Origin: Macrostomum lignano
Taxonomy: Eukaryota
Length of the DNA: 64,000 bases
Direction of reading: 5' to 3'
Assembly: GCA_002269645.1 (NCBI GenBank)
Contig: NIVC01002119.1
Coordinates: forward strand, 1 to 64,000
The notes beneath the pieces were generated by a model. It did no database searches. It saw nothing but the letters and a program-made list of their open reading frames with translations, and had not been told where the DNA came from. The stretch's first letter is position 1; each line of letters starts with the position of its first letter. The position numbers were made by a program, and so were the translations under genes. Shown piece after piece: positions 44,285-55,500 of this stretch.

Positions 44285-44420
44285 GATTTGGGGCTTGTGC
44301 TCACAAGGCACAGAGGGTGTACATGCCCTGACGATTAGAAAGTCAGGGTCGCTGTACACCCCCTGTATGAGTGCCTGTCTGTGTACTTGTGAGCGTGCTC
44401 AGGAGGCAGGGAATGGACAT
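44285..44420 (+). mobile_element. 5'-truncated SINE family A fragment
   Basis: CAAGGCACAGAGGGTGTACATGCCCTGACGATTAGAAAGTCAGGGTCGCTGTACACCCCCTGTATGAGTG matches the core of the other copies. Confidence 0.7.
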
Positions 44421-45757
44421 GACTGCTTGTCACACTATCGAATACATGCTGTTATACGCAAATTGTAGTATTTCTCAATAGTTCTTACTAGCTACTCTAG
44501 ATGTTGTCTAGCAGATTTTATAAACTTGCGCCATATATTACTGCTTACTATTCGTTATAAGTAGTCTGTGTTTTGTGTCTTTCAGTTACTATTCTGTATA
44601 TTTCTCATTTTAGTCAGCTTTATTATTTGTATGCCTGCGATTTGCTCGTTTCTTGGCGAATCAAAATATTGCCTCAACTATAGTCTGTTGTACCTATTCT
44701 GGCCTATAATCGCTGTCGTATTCATTTTATAACTTCTGTTTGCCTGAGTTTATTAATAAAAAGTACATTTGCAAAATGTATACAAATGTGTCATGATAAA
44801 AACTTTCTCGCAATCACGCGTTCGCTGTTAGAAATTTGCCTTGTTCTGGATTGCATGGTCTATGTATCCCACGGGCCACTTGAGTGTGTTTCGGAAAGAC
44901 ACTCTCCGAGACCTTCCGGACCTTCGCCTTGTCACCGATACCGCCTTATTCAGCGTGCACTCTTGTTGCCATGCGCAGCCTGCTGCTGAGTTAAGCTATA
45001 CTATTGAGGCGGGGGAGGGGCGTTGATTAATTTCCATGCCGCGTGGATACGGCAGCTCAGGCATCAGCTGTACTGGTGCCAGGATTCCAGATTGTAAAGA
45101 TGTAAGACAGCGCAGCCACCCCAGTCCAAGTGCCCATGGTGATCTGGGCAGGCCGGTTGTTACGGTTGGGGGGGGAGGAGGAAGCGGCAGAAGTCAGCAA
45201 GCCGGCTGCTGAAATCAATTGGCTCTGGCTGGATGGCACAGTCAAGCTTGCTGCCAGATATGCACTGCGGTCTCCCCTCTAGAGTCGACAGCTCACACGC
45301 TTTCGCACGCACAAGAGCACAATGGGGCTGGTGAGGGCGGGCCGGCAGCTGTACGGGCTTGCACAGTTGCCCGGGCGAGAGCATCCAGCCCGCACACACA
45401 CGCGCAACGCACTGCAGCTCCGCTCCTTGCCTAATTCCTACCTTCCACCGGCAGCCACCCAACCTCCGCGTGTTGTCATGGCTTCCACGGCAGAGGCGCG
45501 CGTTTTCAGTCTGCGCTGGTTGCGCAAATTTCTAGCTGTCTTTCCTTCATTCGTTTTCTTCTCTCTTCTCGCCTAGGTCTCTTAGTGGCGTCTCCACACC
45601 CAGTCGAGTAAAACAAACCGGCAACAGTCTGACAAAAGGCGGAGAAACAAGCCGTTAGTTTTTTTGCACTTACGATCGGCCCTACTCCAATAGCGAGACG
45701 GCCGCCGCTTAAGCTAAACCGAGCAGTCAGCAGGTCATGCTGTAGCCTGAGAGTTCC

Positions 45758-48700
45758 ATGGCTACGGATACGAAATCTACAGAGCTGCAGCCGGCGGCGC
45801 AAAACGGCGAGGCGCCAGCCGGCGGCGGTGAAGGTCCTCCACAGGCCTCGCAGTCGTCGGCCTCGGCTACAGCCAAGTGCGTGTACATTTTCCGCAACGG
45901 CGACGTGTTCGCGCCCTCCAAGAAATTTGTGCTGAACCGGCGCCAGCTACGCGATTGGGACGTCTTCCTGGAACAGGTGACCATGTCGGTGAACCCACTG
46001 CGCGGCGCGGTGCGCAACATCGTGACGCCGAAGCGAGGACGGAGGCGCATCCATGATTTGGACAGCTTCGAGGACAAGGGACACTATGTGGCGCTGGCCA
46101 GGGGCGAGCGGTTTAAGCCAATGACGTGAGCTTTGGTTGAAGTTTTAGGGTCAAAACAATTCCATAATTCTCAGGAAACAATTTATCCATGGATTTCTTA
46201 TATAGCCATGGGCGCATGCAGGGGTTTCAGCTGTAGATATTCCGAGAGTTGAGTCAGCGTAATTCCCTGTGGTTTGTAGGGCTCATTGTCTTTCCCGAAG
46301 TGACGGAACCTAATAAAACCTCGCAAACTCTGGCCCACAAAGCCTCTCTATCCGGCCCTCAGGTCCTTTGAATAGCAACCCGGCCCGCTCGAGGTTTGCG
46401 TCTTCTCAGCTGTCTTGTCTCACCTCTCTTCTCATCTCCCGTCCTCTCATCTCCTCTCCTCTCCTCTTCTCCCTTCTCCTCTTTTCTTCTCTCCTCTCCT
46501 CTCGTTTCCTATTTCATCTCCCCTCTCCTCGTCTTCTACAGTATTTCATCTCTCCTCTTCTATTTGATCTATCCTCTCCTCTCGTCTCCTTTATTCTTTC
46601 GCCTCTTCTCCCCCCTCCTCTGAACCGCAGTTATGCGCTGGGTTCTCTGTCTGGCCCTTGAGGTAAAAATTTTGCCCCGACCTCTGCCCTAATGAGACAG
46701 CACCATCCCAAAGATGGGAGCCTAGCTACATGCGTTTGAGCTTGGCAAAATCGATGGAATTAGCTGACGGATTCGCTGATATGAGCGTATTAAATATTCA
46801 GAAATCTTTTGCTTGCCATTTTTATATGAAATTTTCAAATTAGAAAAAGCAGCAATTGCTCGTATATTACTTGAGCTGGCTCAAGTCCTCTACATTGATT
46901 TCCCATGCTGCTGCAGCTACGTCCCGGAGGCGGAGGTCGGCGCCAACGGGAGCCACGCGGAGACGAAGGGCTCCGGCGCATCGCCCACGGCCTCACCGAG
47001 GAAGCCGATGGGCAGCAACCGGGTCGTGCTGGAGCCGGTGAGTTCTGATTGACTCAACTATTCGCTGTTGTCTTCTGTCTTTGATCCCTCGGTTCTCCCC
47101 TTGTCATCACGAACGCCCCTCCCCGCCTCTGCAGATCCTGCCAGTTGTTCACAACAAGAAGCTGATGTCCGTGCAGCCTCGGTTTGGCGCCAAGATGGAT
47201 GTGATCAGCTCGCAGTCGAAGGCGATCAGGTGAGCGGGACAGAACAGTTGGAGGGGGGAAATTCGCGGTACAAAACAAGAACAAGAATTTATTAGAATTC
47301 ACTACCGTAGCACCCACCACCCCGCGCTCTCCTGATCACGAAATTGAATGCACTAACTGTAGGCGGGAGGCGTCGCGGACGAAATAGAATTCACTTTTGC
47401 TGAAATCGAACGAGAAAGCCAATAGCGCACATGAGGATTAGAAAGTCAAACGGCCGCTGTACCCCTGTGTGAGCGCGTGCCTACGTACAGTATTGGCGCG
47501 CTAAGGAGTCACCGAAATGGACAAAATTGCTTCACCACTGGTTGCGGGACGATGTCGCCAAAAAGGTGTTGCTCCAGGGTGCCCGCAGCCCTCCTGCAAA
47601 AATTATTATTATTACTATCTTGTGTCTGCTTCCCCCATAAACTGTACTCCGGAACCACGAGTGGGATCAATGTTCTGACTGAGACAACCCCGCGCTCCCC
47701 CTTCCCCAGGGTGTACCGCAACGGTGACGAGTTCACGCCGGCCATCATCGTCATGCTTCGGCCATCCGAGCAGGTCAGCATGGAGGTGGTGCTGCGGGCA
47801 GTGGAGGAGCGAGTGGTCCTGCCTAACAACATGGCCATCAGAAAGTGAGCGCTTTGACATCATTATCGACTGACTGCTGCCGTACCCGCTGTTGTGTTCG
47901 GGTGTTCGCTGCGAATTCCACTGGTTCCCCCCTCCCCACCGCAGGCTGTTCGACATCAGCGGCCGGCGCATCCGGGAGCCGCAGGAGCTGCAGCACGAGA
48001 AGCACTACGTAGCTGGCGGCCACGAGCCCTTCCTGTCCCGGCCGTACGGCCAGAAGCTGCCCCTCATCGTTCTTGGCAAGGCTGAGAGAAAGTGAGCGAT
48101 TCGTTTTCTAAATAAATTTGTTGATCTTTGACGCTTCTGCCAGGTATTGTGGCATTGTTACGCAATATCTATCATCTGTCCATGTAATCTTGGCCTTTTT
48201 CAGCGACAGCACTGCGTGGTGAGGCCGAGACAGTTCTTTTTAATAGAAAATTTCCTGATAAAATCTGTTTTTCATTACAACCTTTTTTATGTTTTTCAAC
48301 AAGCAGTTTTTGCAGCTCACAGTTCGATTTCCTCAGAGTTTTGCATTGCGTAGTGTGGCTTCACAGGAACAATTGCATTCATGCCTGTACTAGCTGGATT
48401 TATTAGCCTTTTTTATCCTTGACCAAGATTTCTGGAAAACCTTTAGACCGAACAATCGCTCCCTGCGCACCTCTTCAGGTCGACCATCAAGTACTTGTCG
48501 CAGCCCATCACGCCAGAGAAGCACTCGTCCAGAAAGTGAGTATCAAAGACCTTCTTGCTGCATGGATTTTGAGCCCAACCTCCGATGCACCGGCACTCAC
48601 CTCATCCGTCTCTCTGCAGAAGCAAGCAGGACTCGCAGCGAGACCAAGCTCAACAGAATCCAAGAGCCACCAATAGTGAAGGAGGCGAAGCTACCAAGGT

Positions 48701-50658
48701 AAGCAAAGGTGGCCACGCACCTTGGATATGCTAATTAGTTGTCTCTGTTCCGCCTCCAGTCGACCCACAAAGCGTTTTAACCAACTATGGCGAAAACCTT
48801 TCCAAAGCGAGCTGACGCGGGCGAGGCTTTCGAGACCGAGCCCGGCGAGTTCAGCAGCCCCGGCGGGCAGCGGCGGCGCAACAGCGACGGAGTCTCCATC
48901 GAGGAGGTTGGCGCGTGAATTTGAACTCATGAGAGCTGTTGGAAAGCTGTGGTTTGTTGTGTGTGTGATGAAGTGTGTAGGATCCATGGGGTGAGTGAGG
49001 TGATGAGCCGCAAGCCAGTGTACAGGATCTAAATTGAGTGGGGTGTGTGGCGCAGTAAGTGTGCAGGATCTAAATTGAGGGGGGTGTGTGGCGCAGTGAG
49101 TGTGCAGGATCTACATTGAGTGGGGTGCATGGCGCAGTGAGTGTGCAGGATCTAAATTGAGTGGGGTGTGTGGCGCAGTGAGTGTGCAGGATCTACATTG
49201 AGTGGGGTGTGTGGCGCAGTGAGTGTACAGGATCTACATTGAGTGGGGTGTGTGGCGCAGTGAGTGTACAGGATCTACATTGAGTGGGGTGCATGGCGCA
49301 GTGAGTGTGCAGGATCTAAATTGAGTGGGGTGAGTGGCGCAGTGAGTGTACAGGATCTGCATTGAGGGGTGCATGGCGCAGTGAGTGTACAGGATCTACA
49401 TTGAGTGGGGTGCATGGCGCAGTGAGTGTACAGGATCTGCATTGAGGGGTGAGTGGCGCAGTGAGTGTGCAGGAGTCTTCAGTGCTGGTCATTGAGATTG
49501 AGAGCTGAAATTTGTGAGTATGAAATGTGAAAACTCGGCTGGCTTGCCGCATGCTTGAAGCTGTGCAGTAAGTGTTGTACATGGCACTGCAGGTCACAGC
49601 GCACACGGCACTTTACCGCAAACCCATGGCTTTTTAGAGGTGGCTCAAAGGGCTGCTTTGCCGGCTCCTTTTTGTAGAACCTAAATATTTATGCTTGGTA
49701 GATTGACTTTATGCCACTCGCTTGGTTTTTTCCTCATTCAGGACCGAATTGCCAAACTGTTGCTTCTATTACTGGCAGTTGCACGTTTTGTCACCGCTGT
49801 TCAATATATGTACATGTATAGTAACCTTTCCTAGACGGCCCCACCTCCCCAAACAGCTCAACTCAAACATTCCCCACTCGGAGACTAAGCCAGACTCACC
49901 TCCCCAAACAGCTCAACCCAAACATTCCCCACTCGGAGACTCAGCCAGACTCACCTCCCCAAACAGCTCAACCCAAACATTCCCCACTCGGAGACTCAGC
50001 CAGACTCACCTCCCCAAACAGCTCAACCCAAACATTCCCCACTCGGAGACTCAGCCAGACTCACCTCCCCAAACAGCTCAACCCAAACATTCCCAACTCG
50101 GAGACTCAGCCAGACTCACCTCCCAAACAGCTCAACCCAAACATTCCCAACTCGGAGACTCAGCCAGACTCACCTCCCCAGCCCAATTCGACCTCCGCCC
50201 GCCCGAAGGCCGAGAAGGCAAAGGCGGCCGGACAGATCCAGGCCAGCATCCGCGGGTTCGAGACCCGCAAAGTGGCCGCAGAGAAGCGGACGGGCGGCCC
50301 GGTGACGATCCGGCCCAAGCCGGCCAACTCCAAGGCCAACGCGAAGCCCAAGGCTGCGAAGGCGAGCCCGGAGGAGAAGGCGCAGGCCGCGGGCACCATC
50401 CAGTCGAGCGTCAAGGGCTTTGAAGCCAGAAAACAGGCGGCCTCCAAGGTGGCCCAGCGGCCCATTGAGCTGAAGAACGACCCGGCCAACTCCAAGAAGC
50501 AAAAGCAGCAGCAGCAGCCGCAGAAGCAGCAGAAGCCAATGTCGGAGGAGGAGAAGGCGGCCGCTAAGTCCATCCAGGCCTCGGTGAACAGCTACAAGAC
50601 CCGCAAGCAGGTGGCCAGGCAGGAGGCCGGCAAGGCTGCGGGCAGCGGTGGCGCCTGA
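45758..50658 (+). CDS. DCDC2-like tandem doublecortin-domain protein with C-terminal IQ motifs. Exons 45758-46125, 46917-47037, 47135-47229, 47710-47844, 47945-48091, 48479-48535, 48620-48698, 48808-48906, 50182-50658 (525 aa in this isoform)
   Basis: DCX1: VYIFRNGDVF...FLEQVT..V.PLRGAVRNIVTP...HYVA. DCX2: VYRNGDEF...KLFDISGRRI...HYVAGGHEPF. IQ motifs IQASIRGFETRK, IQSSVKGFEARK, IQASVNSYKTRK. All junctions are GT-AG and phase-compatible (1578 nt). Exon 48808-48906 uses a weaker AAG acceptor. Confidence 0.85.
46316..46686 (-). mobile_element. hAT MITE family copy in DCX intron 1, CT tract about 46400-46620
   Basis: Reverse complement starts CAGAGGTCGGGGCAAAATTTTTACCTCAAGGGCCAGACAGAGAACC. The other terminus is decayed. 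Confidence 0.65.
47422..47490 (+). mobile_element. Short SINE family A fragment in a DCX intron
   Basis: ATGAGGATTAGAAAGTCAAACGGCCGCTGTACCCCTGTGTGAGCGCGTGCCTACGTAC is homologous to the core and 3' flank of the other copies. Confidence 0.6.
49015..49472. repeat. 41-bp minisatellite GTGAGTGTGCAGGATCTACATTGAGTGGGGTGTGTGGCGCA
   Basis: About 11 units in a DCX intron. Confidence 0.95.
49842..50180. repeat. 55-bp minisatellite ending at the 50182 splice acceptor
   Basis: About 6 units of CAGCCAGACTCACCTCCCCAAACAGCTCAACCCAAACATTCCCCACTCGGAGACT. Confidence 0.95.
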
Positions 50659-50991
50659 AGCGGATGCTCCTCGGCCGCTTCCGCCCGCCTCATCCCAAGC
50701 GCGCCATGTTCCAAAACGCTCCCCGCACCGCAGAACCCCTTTATCGCCAACCTGTCTCTCTCATCCCCCCATCCGGTAGGTGTTTGACTCCAGCGCATCT
50801 CACACAGCGCATGTGTCTAAAACAGCGCTTGCTTTTCGGCTTAACATTGCCATATTAGAATGCATTGGCAGCCAGGATGAGGAGCTAATCGGATGATCTA
50901 CTCACACTTGCTAACGTCACTATAGCGGCGCAGCCAGCGCCAATATTGCATAGCAACTAACGGCTTGCATTTTTATCTCATTCGTGCCCAG

Positions 50992-51515
50992 GTGCTGTCT
51001 AACAGCAACAGTCCCGTAACCAACCATGCCGGGCCGGGCCAGCAGCAGCATAGCCACGCCACAACCTACAGAGCTGAGCAGTATGATGGATACGAGGTAT
51101 TTTAACCCTAACCCAGCCTCAGTGGTAGACGTGCCCGACTCTGCGCCGCGACCCGGGGTTCGATTCCGTGCTCACCCATATTCATTTAGGCTTGAGCATG
51201 AAATTGGCCGAGGGGTTGCCGTGTGATTCGCGCCCAGGAGGGCCAGCCCCCAAGGCACAGATAGTGTACATGCCTGACGAATAGAAAGTCAGGGCCTGTA
51301 CACCCCGTGTGAGCGTGTCTATGAGTGTGTACCTGTACTATTTATAACCATAACCCCAACACACACAGCTAGACCTAAAAGTCAACCAGGAATCGCTAAG
51401 TCACCCCCGCCACTTCCAGGACCCGATGTACCACCAGGCGGCCACGAAGATCCAAGCCTCTTACCGGGGCTACAGAAGCCGCAAGCAGCAGCGACTGCCA
51501 GCAAGCAGTTGGTGA
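50992..51515 (+). CDS. Additional/alternative 3' exons of the DCX-IQ gene: 50992-51096 and 51420-about 51515, with a fourth, canonical IQ motif
   Basis: GCCCAG|GTG...GAG|GTATTT is a 105-nt phase 0/0 exon. TTCCAG|GAC CCG encodes DPMYHQAATKIQASYRGYRSRK. It can join a phase-0 donor CAG|GTGGCC at 50611. Confidence 0.65.
51115..51344 (+). mobile_element. SINE family A-related copy in an intron of the DCX-IQ gene
   Basis: AGCCTCAGTGG ... GGTTCGATTCC head, plus shared core CAAGGCACAG..GTGTACATGCCTGACGA..GAAAGTCAGGG..TGTACAC. Imperfect TSD TAACC(C/A)TAACCC at 51103-51114 and 51345-51356. Confidence 0.75.
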
Positions 51516-52552
51516 GCTCGCAGTCTTGTGTGACACCTGCTTTTTAATTGCTTGGCTGCTTGATGTCAAAGCTTGTGCAACCACTGACTTCCAGACTGCC
51601 GCCTGATGATGCCGGAAGCCGACTCATCTCAGCCCAGCAAATTTAATATTGCTTATTATCTTGCAAACTGACGTCTTAGCGTATCCCACCCTCTCCAAAT
51701 TGATTTCGAAGTTTTGCGAATTTCTTCGCGTCGCGCTGTAGATTTCTGTTGCTATGCTTTGCCGTCCTTCCTTGTCCCAGCTGTCCCAAACCTTTAACCT
51801 TTTCTCAAAGAACTCAAAACTCAGCTCACTCAGCTGAATGCAAAAGCGAATGCCGCAGATTTTATTTTCTCCGTTATTCCGCATCTCGAAACCGCACTGC
51901 AACCCGCAGCTAATCAAAGTTCTCAGTCTCTTTTACTTGCCTTAGCCGCTCTCTGAATTTTCTGCTTATAAATAAAAGTTGATAAAAAATTATAAGCACA
52001 AGCAACTTTTCATCTGACAGCTGAGGGACAGCCGCCAATAATTCGATGGCCTCCGGATTATTTGCCTGACATTAATATGCACACCAGCATTTTCACAGGT
52101 AACACAAGAACACGATCAGCTGGTGTCAGAGGGCAAGAAGCTCAAATAGAAGAAAGCTGAGATGATCGGCAGGTGGCAGATGGACGAGACCGAAAGTGAG
52201 ACCTTGGACCTTTGATAGCCGAGAGAGAGAAGCGTCTGACGGTGCGACTGCATAAGTAAAGCAATGCTGATAGCGGTAAAAGCAGATTTTTGACAAAAAT
52301 AAGCATATAAAATTGCTTCGCAACGCGGCAGCAGGGTGTCTGCAACAACAGGACTGGTAGCAAAACAGCAAAAGCAGGAAAAGTGTGGCGCATTGAATTA
52401 CATTGAAATAAAAATATCAGCTCAAGTAGCTCTCTTAATGCCTGCTTTTGATCCTCAGATGCAGAGGAAGTGTCAATCCCGAACTGCACCGCTTCGACAA
52501 GAAAATTTGCCTTTTCCAGCTGCTTTCAGTAGAGTGATGCGAGCAGGGCCAT

Positions 52553-55500
52553 CTAAATCCTCCAGGGCCGACCACGCGTGGAGACATTGTCGCCTCTGCC
52601 GCCACCTCTGCCGCTGCCGCGACCTCCGCCTCCAACGGCGCCTCGGGGTTCCATCGAAGGTCCAGGCGTCGAGAAATCCATCTGGTCTTCATCGATGATT
52701 GACAGCTGCCTGCCGACGTTCAAGTCGGTGCCGATGACGCCGACGGAGGCGGAGCGCTCCTGTTGATGATCAACCGGGGAGTCAGAGTCCGGGCTGAGGT
52801 CGACCTCGCGAACGTCGCTAGAAGATCGCGGTCGGAGGTCGATGGCAAGACTCAGGTGCTGCTTGCTGCTGCCGCTGCTCTCAGAAGTGCCGGTGGCTCC
52901 AGTGGCTTTGATGTCAAGGAACTTGTTTGGAAGCTTCAGCTGCTGCTGTTGCATCTGGTGCTGCTGCGGCAAAAGCAGCGACGGCGTAGGCCGCGAATGA
53001 AGTCCCGGGGTGTCCATAGAGTGCAGTGTGGGCGACAGCGGCGGCGAGTAGGGGCCGGTAATCTTCACTATGTAGCCGAGTTCGCGGCTGGCCGCCCCAG
53101 CCGGCATCAGCTCGGCCGGCTTCTTTGGCCGGAGCCTGGGCGGCACTGGGGGCGGCTCAGAAGACGAGGCAGCGGACTTCGCCGCTGTCACCGAGGCAAT
53201 CGTGACCCCGCGCACGAGGGGCTGGCGGGCTGCGATTGTCTTTGCAGACACGACGGCCGACGACTGCCGACGGCTCGCCGGGCCACTCCTATCGGAGAGG
53301 CCACCGCAGGAGGAGCAGGACGGTGCCGGCTGCACTGACGCGATCCTCTCGTCGCCGTAGTCTTCGGATTCGTCGTACTCAGCGTCTTCTTCCTCATCGC
53401 CCTCCCCTCGATGCCGCTGATGCAGCCGCTGCATCCGGCTGATGAGTCGGCTCTGCTGTCTGCTGGCGGATCTCGGCGGTCCGCTGGGCGGCCTGCCTCC
53501 ACTGCCACCAGCGCCGCTTCTGACAGCTCGGGCGGTGACGGCAGAGCTGCTTCCTCCACCGCCTGCGCCAACGCTGCCGCCGCCACCGGCGCCGCTGGAG
53601 CCACCCGTGGGGCTCCCGCTGGACATAGCGAGGCGGAGTTTGAGCTTCTCCTGGAAGCGCTGCTGCGACTGACGCAGATGGTCCAGCCAGGTCACCTGCG
53701 CGGCGTACCGGTCGGATTTTAGTTTGCTGTTGAGGCTTCAAGCAGTGTCTCTAATTAAGGCCACAGTCGAATCACAGCCAGTGCGTAGGCAAGCATTTCG
53801 CTGACCTCAGAACCACTGAACACACACAACCACACACACGGATCTTAAAAGTACTCAGCCACGCTCACGCAGCGGCTCTGAAATTCTTTTCAGGCATTTA
53901 TACAACTTTGGGCTCGAGTGGCACGAAAAGCCTCATGAGGCCAATTTTTTTTCGCAAGCTCCAAGCTGTTCACCTGCGGTTTATAAGTCAACTATCAACG
54001 CAATGTACATGTAATCAACTATAGGTCCAACCCTTGACCTCACTTTTTGCTGGTCAGTAGCAGTCTGCAGCGTGTACACCCCGATGATCTGCTGGAAGCG
54101 ACTGATGTGGATCAGAACGAACGCGTGCTTCAGGCCGTTGGCTAAAAGGGCGGGGTTCATTGTGAGCTGGAGTGAGCCCGGTTGATAGAATCAAATTTCA
54201 ATATTACGAGATACGGGGCGTATTTGCCGCGAGAGCGGAAAGCTTTTTTGAACACAGAAAAAAGTACAAACGCAGGAACAAGAGAGTCTGGTCTCACAAA
54301 GGACTGCTCTAATCCTGCAGGCTTTGCTGTGACAACTAACAAGCAACCGTGGCGACACAGAAGCACTGACTACTGGGACGAATGAACGCGGCAGAGTGGT
54401 TTGAGGGGTGCTCAATTTTAGAGAGGAGAAAGAAATCCGACTTAACTAAAATTATCTGTCAATATTACTTTCTCCGACTCGCTTCTCTTAACTCTAAGTT
54501 TAATAGCATGTTAGTAAGCTTGACTAGCAACTCAATTCCAGGGTTGAAAAATTCTGATTGGCCAACGCTGTCTTAGGCGTGGCCAGTTAAATGTCACAAC
54601 AGTTGGCAGCAAGGCTTCACCGCTCTCTAACCTGGTCCCTGAGACGGGTTAATGGCTGTGCAGTCCATGACACAGTCAATGATAAAGGGCGTGTCATGCA
54701 GCACGAGGCTGTCTGCAGAAATGGGCAGCAAAGTTTTCTTGGAAAGTAACTCTTGGAAGAAGCGGTTTTTATTGGTAGCATTTGATAAAAGCTAAGAGGG
54801 GCCTTCGGTGTCAGGTGAAGGCACTCTGACATTAAATGTAAACTACTTGGTATCAAGAAATTCGGGACAAGCAGGGCGGTTCTGTGTTTGTATTCAACAG
54901 GTTAATTAATTCGGTTAGAAACAGAGGGTCTGTTGCTGCATCAACTCTGCCCAGACTCCCGGCCACAGCTTTGATAGCTCGGATTTAGAAGCAGACGCAA
55001 TCTGAGCCGCTCAGAAAGTACAATATGGGCACTAGCAGGGTTCAGCTGATGTACTATAAACTACAGCGCAACTATACGCGTGCTTGTGGTGCACACTGAT
55101 GACGTGGCGGTGACCGAAGACGGCTACTGGGTAAGGCAAGCACAGCGTGGGTGCCCGGCGGAACTGTTTAGCTAAATCTAAGCAAACTGCTGGACTAAAT
55201 TCGACAACTCCCTTGCCTGAGTTTAGAGAAACCATTTTTCAGCACTGCCGCTTTAGCCGTGCATCTCAACCAGAGGTCGGCAGACTTTGTACCTCAAGGG
55301 CCGGATGAAGAATCTATTGATCACTGCTGCGGACCGGCTGAGAGGGAATAGATGAGAGAGATGAGAAGTGAGAGGCGAGATGAGAGAGAAGAAGAAAAGA
55401 GAGAGATAGGAGAAGAAACGAGAGGAGAGGAAAGAAAAGAGAGAGATAGGAGAAGAAGAGAGCTGTAGAGACACCAACCTCTTGGAGTGTTGCCGACCCC

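Noticed and set aside
44880-44965. Minus-strand CTGAATAAGG...CCGAAAC as a Penelope-type hammerhead
   Set aside because: The core deviates (CUGAAUA) and stems I and III do not pair; at most a decayed remnant.
50656-50775. Stop-codon readthrough of the DCX-IQ exon to a phase-0 donor CCG|GTAGGT at 50776
   Set aside because: The TGA context is not readthrough-like (TGA-A), and the upstream donor at 50611 explains the link more simply.
51115-51180. tRNA gene (also at 32310, 38009 and 59240)
   Set aside because: No complete cloverleaf; the heads continue into SINE bodies with TSDs or tails.
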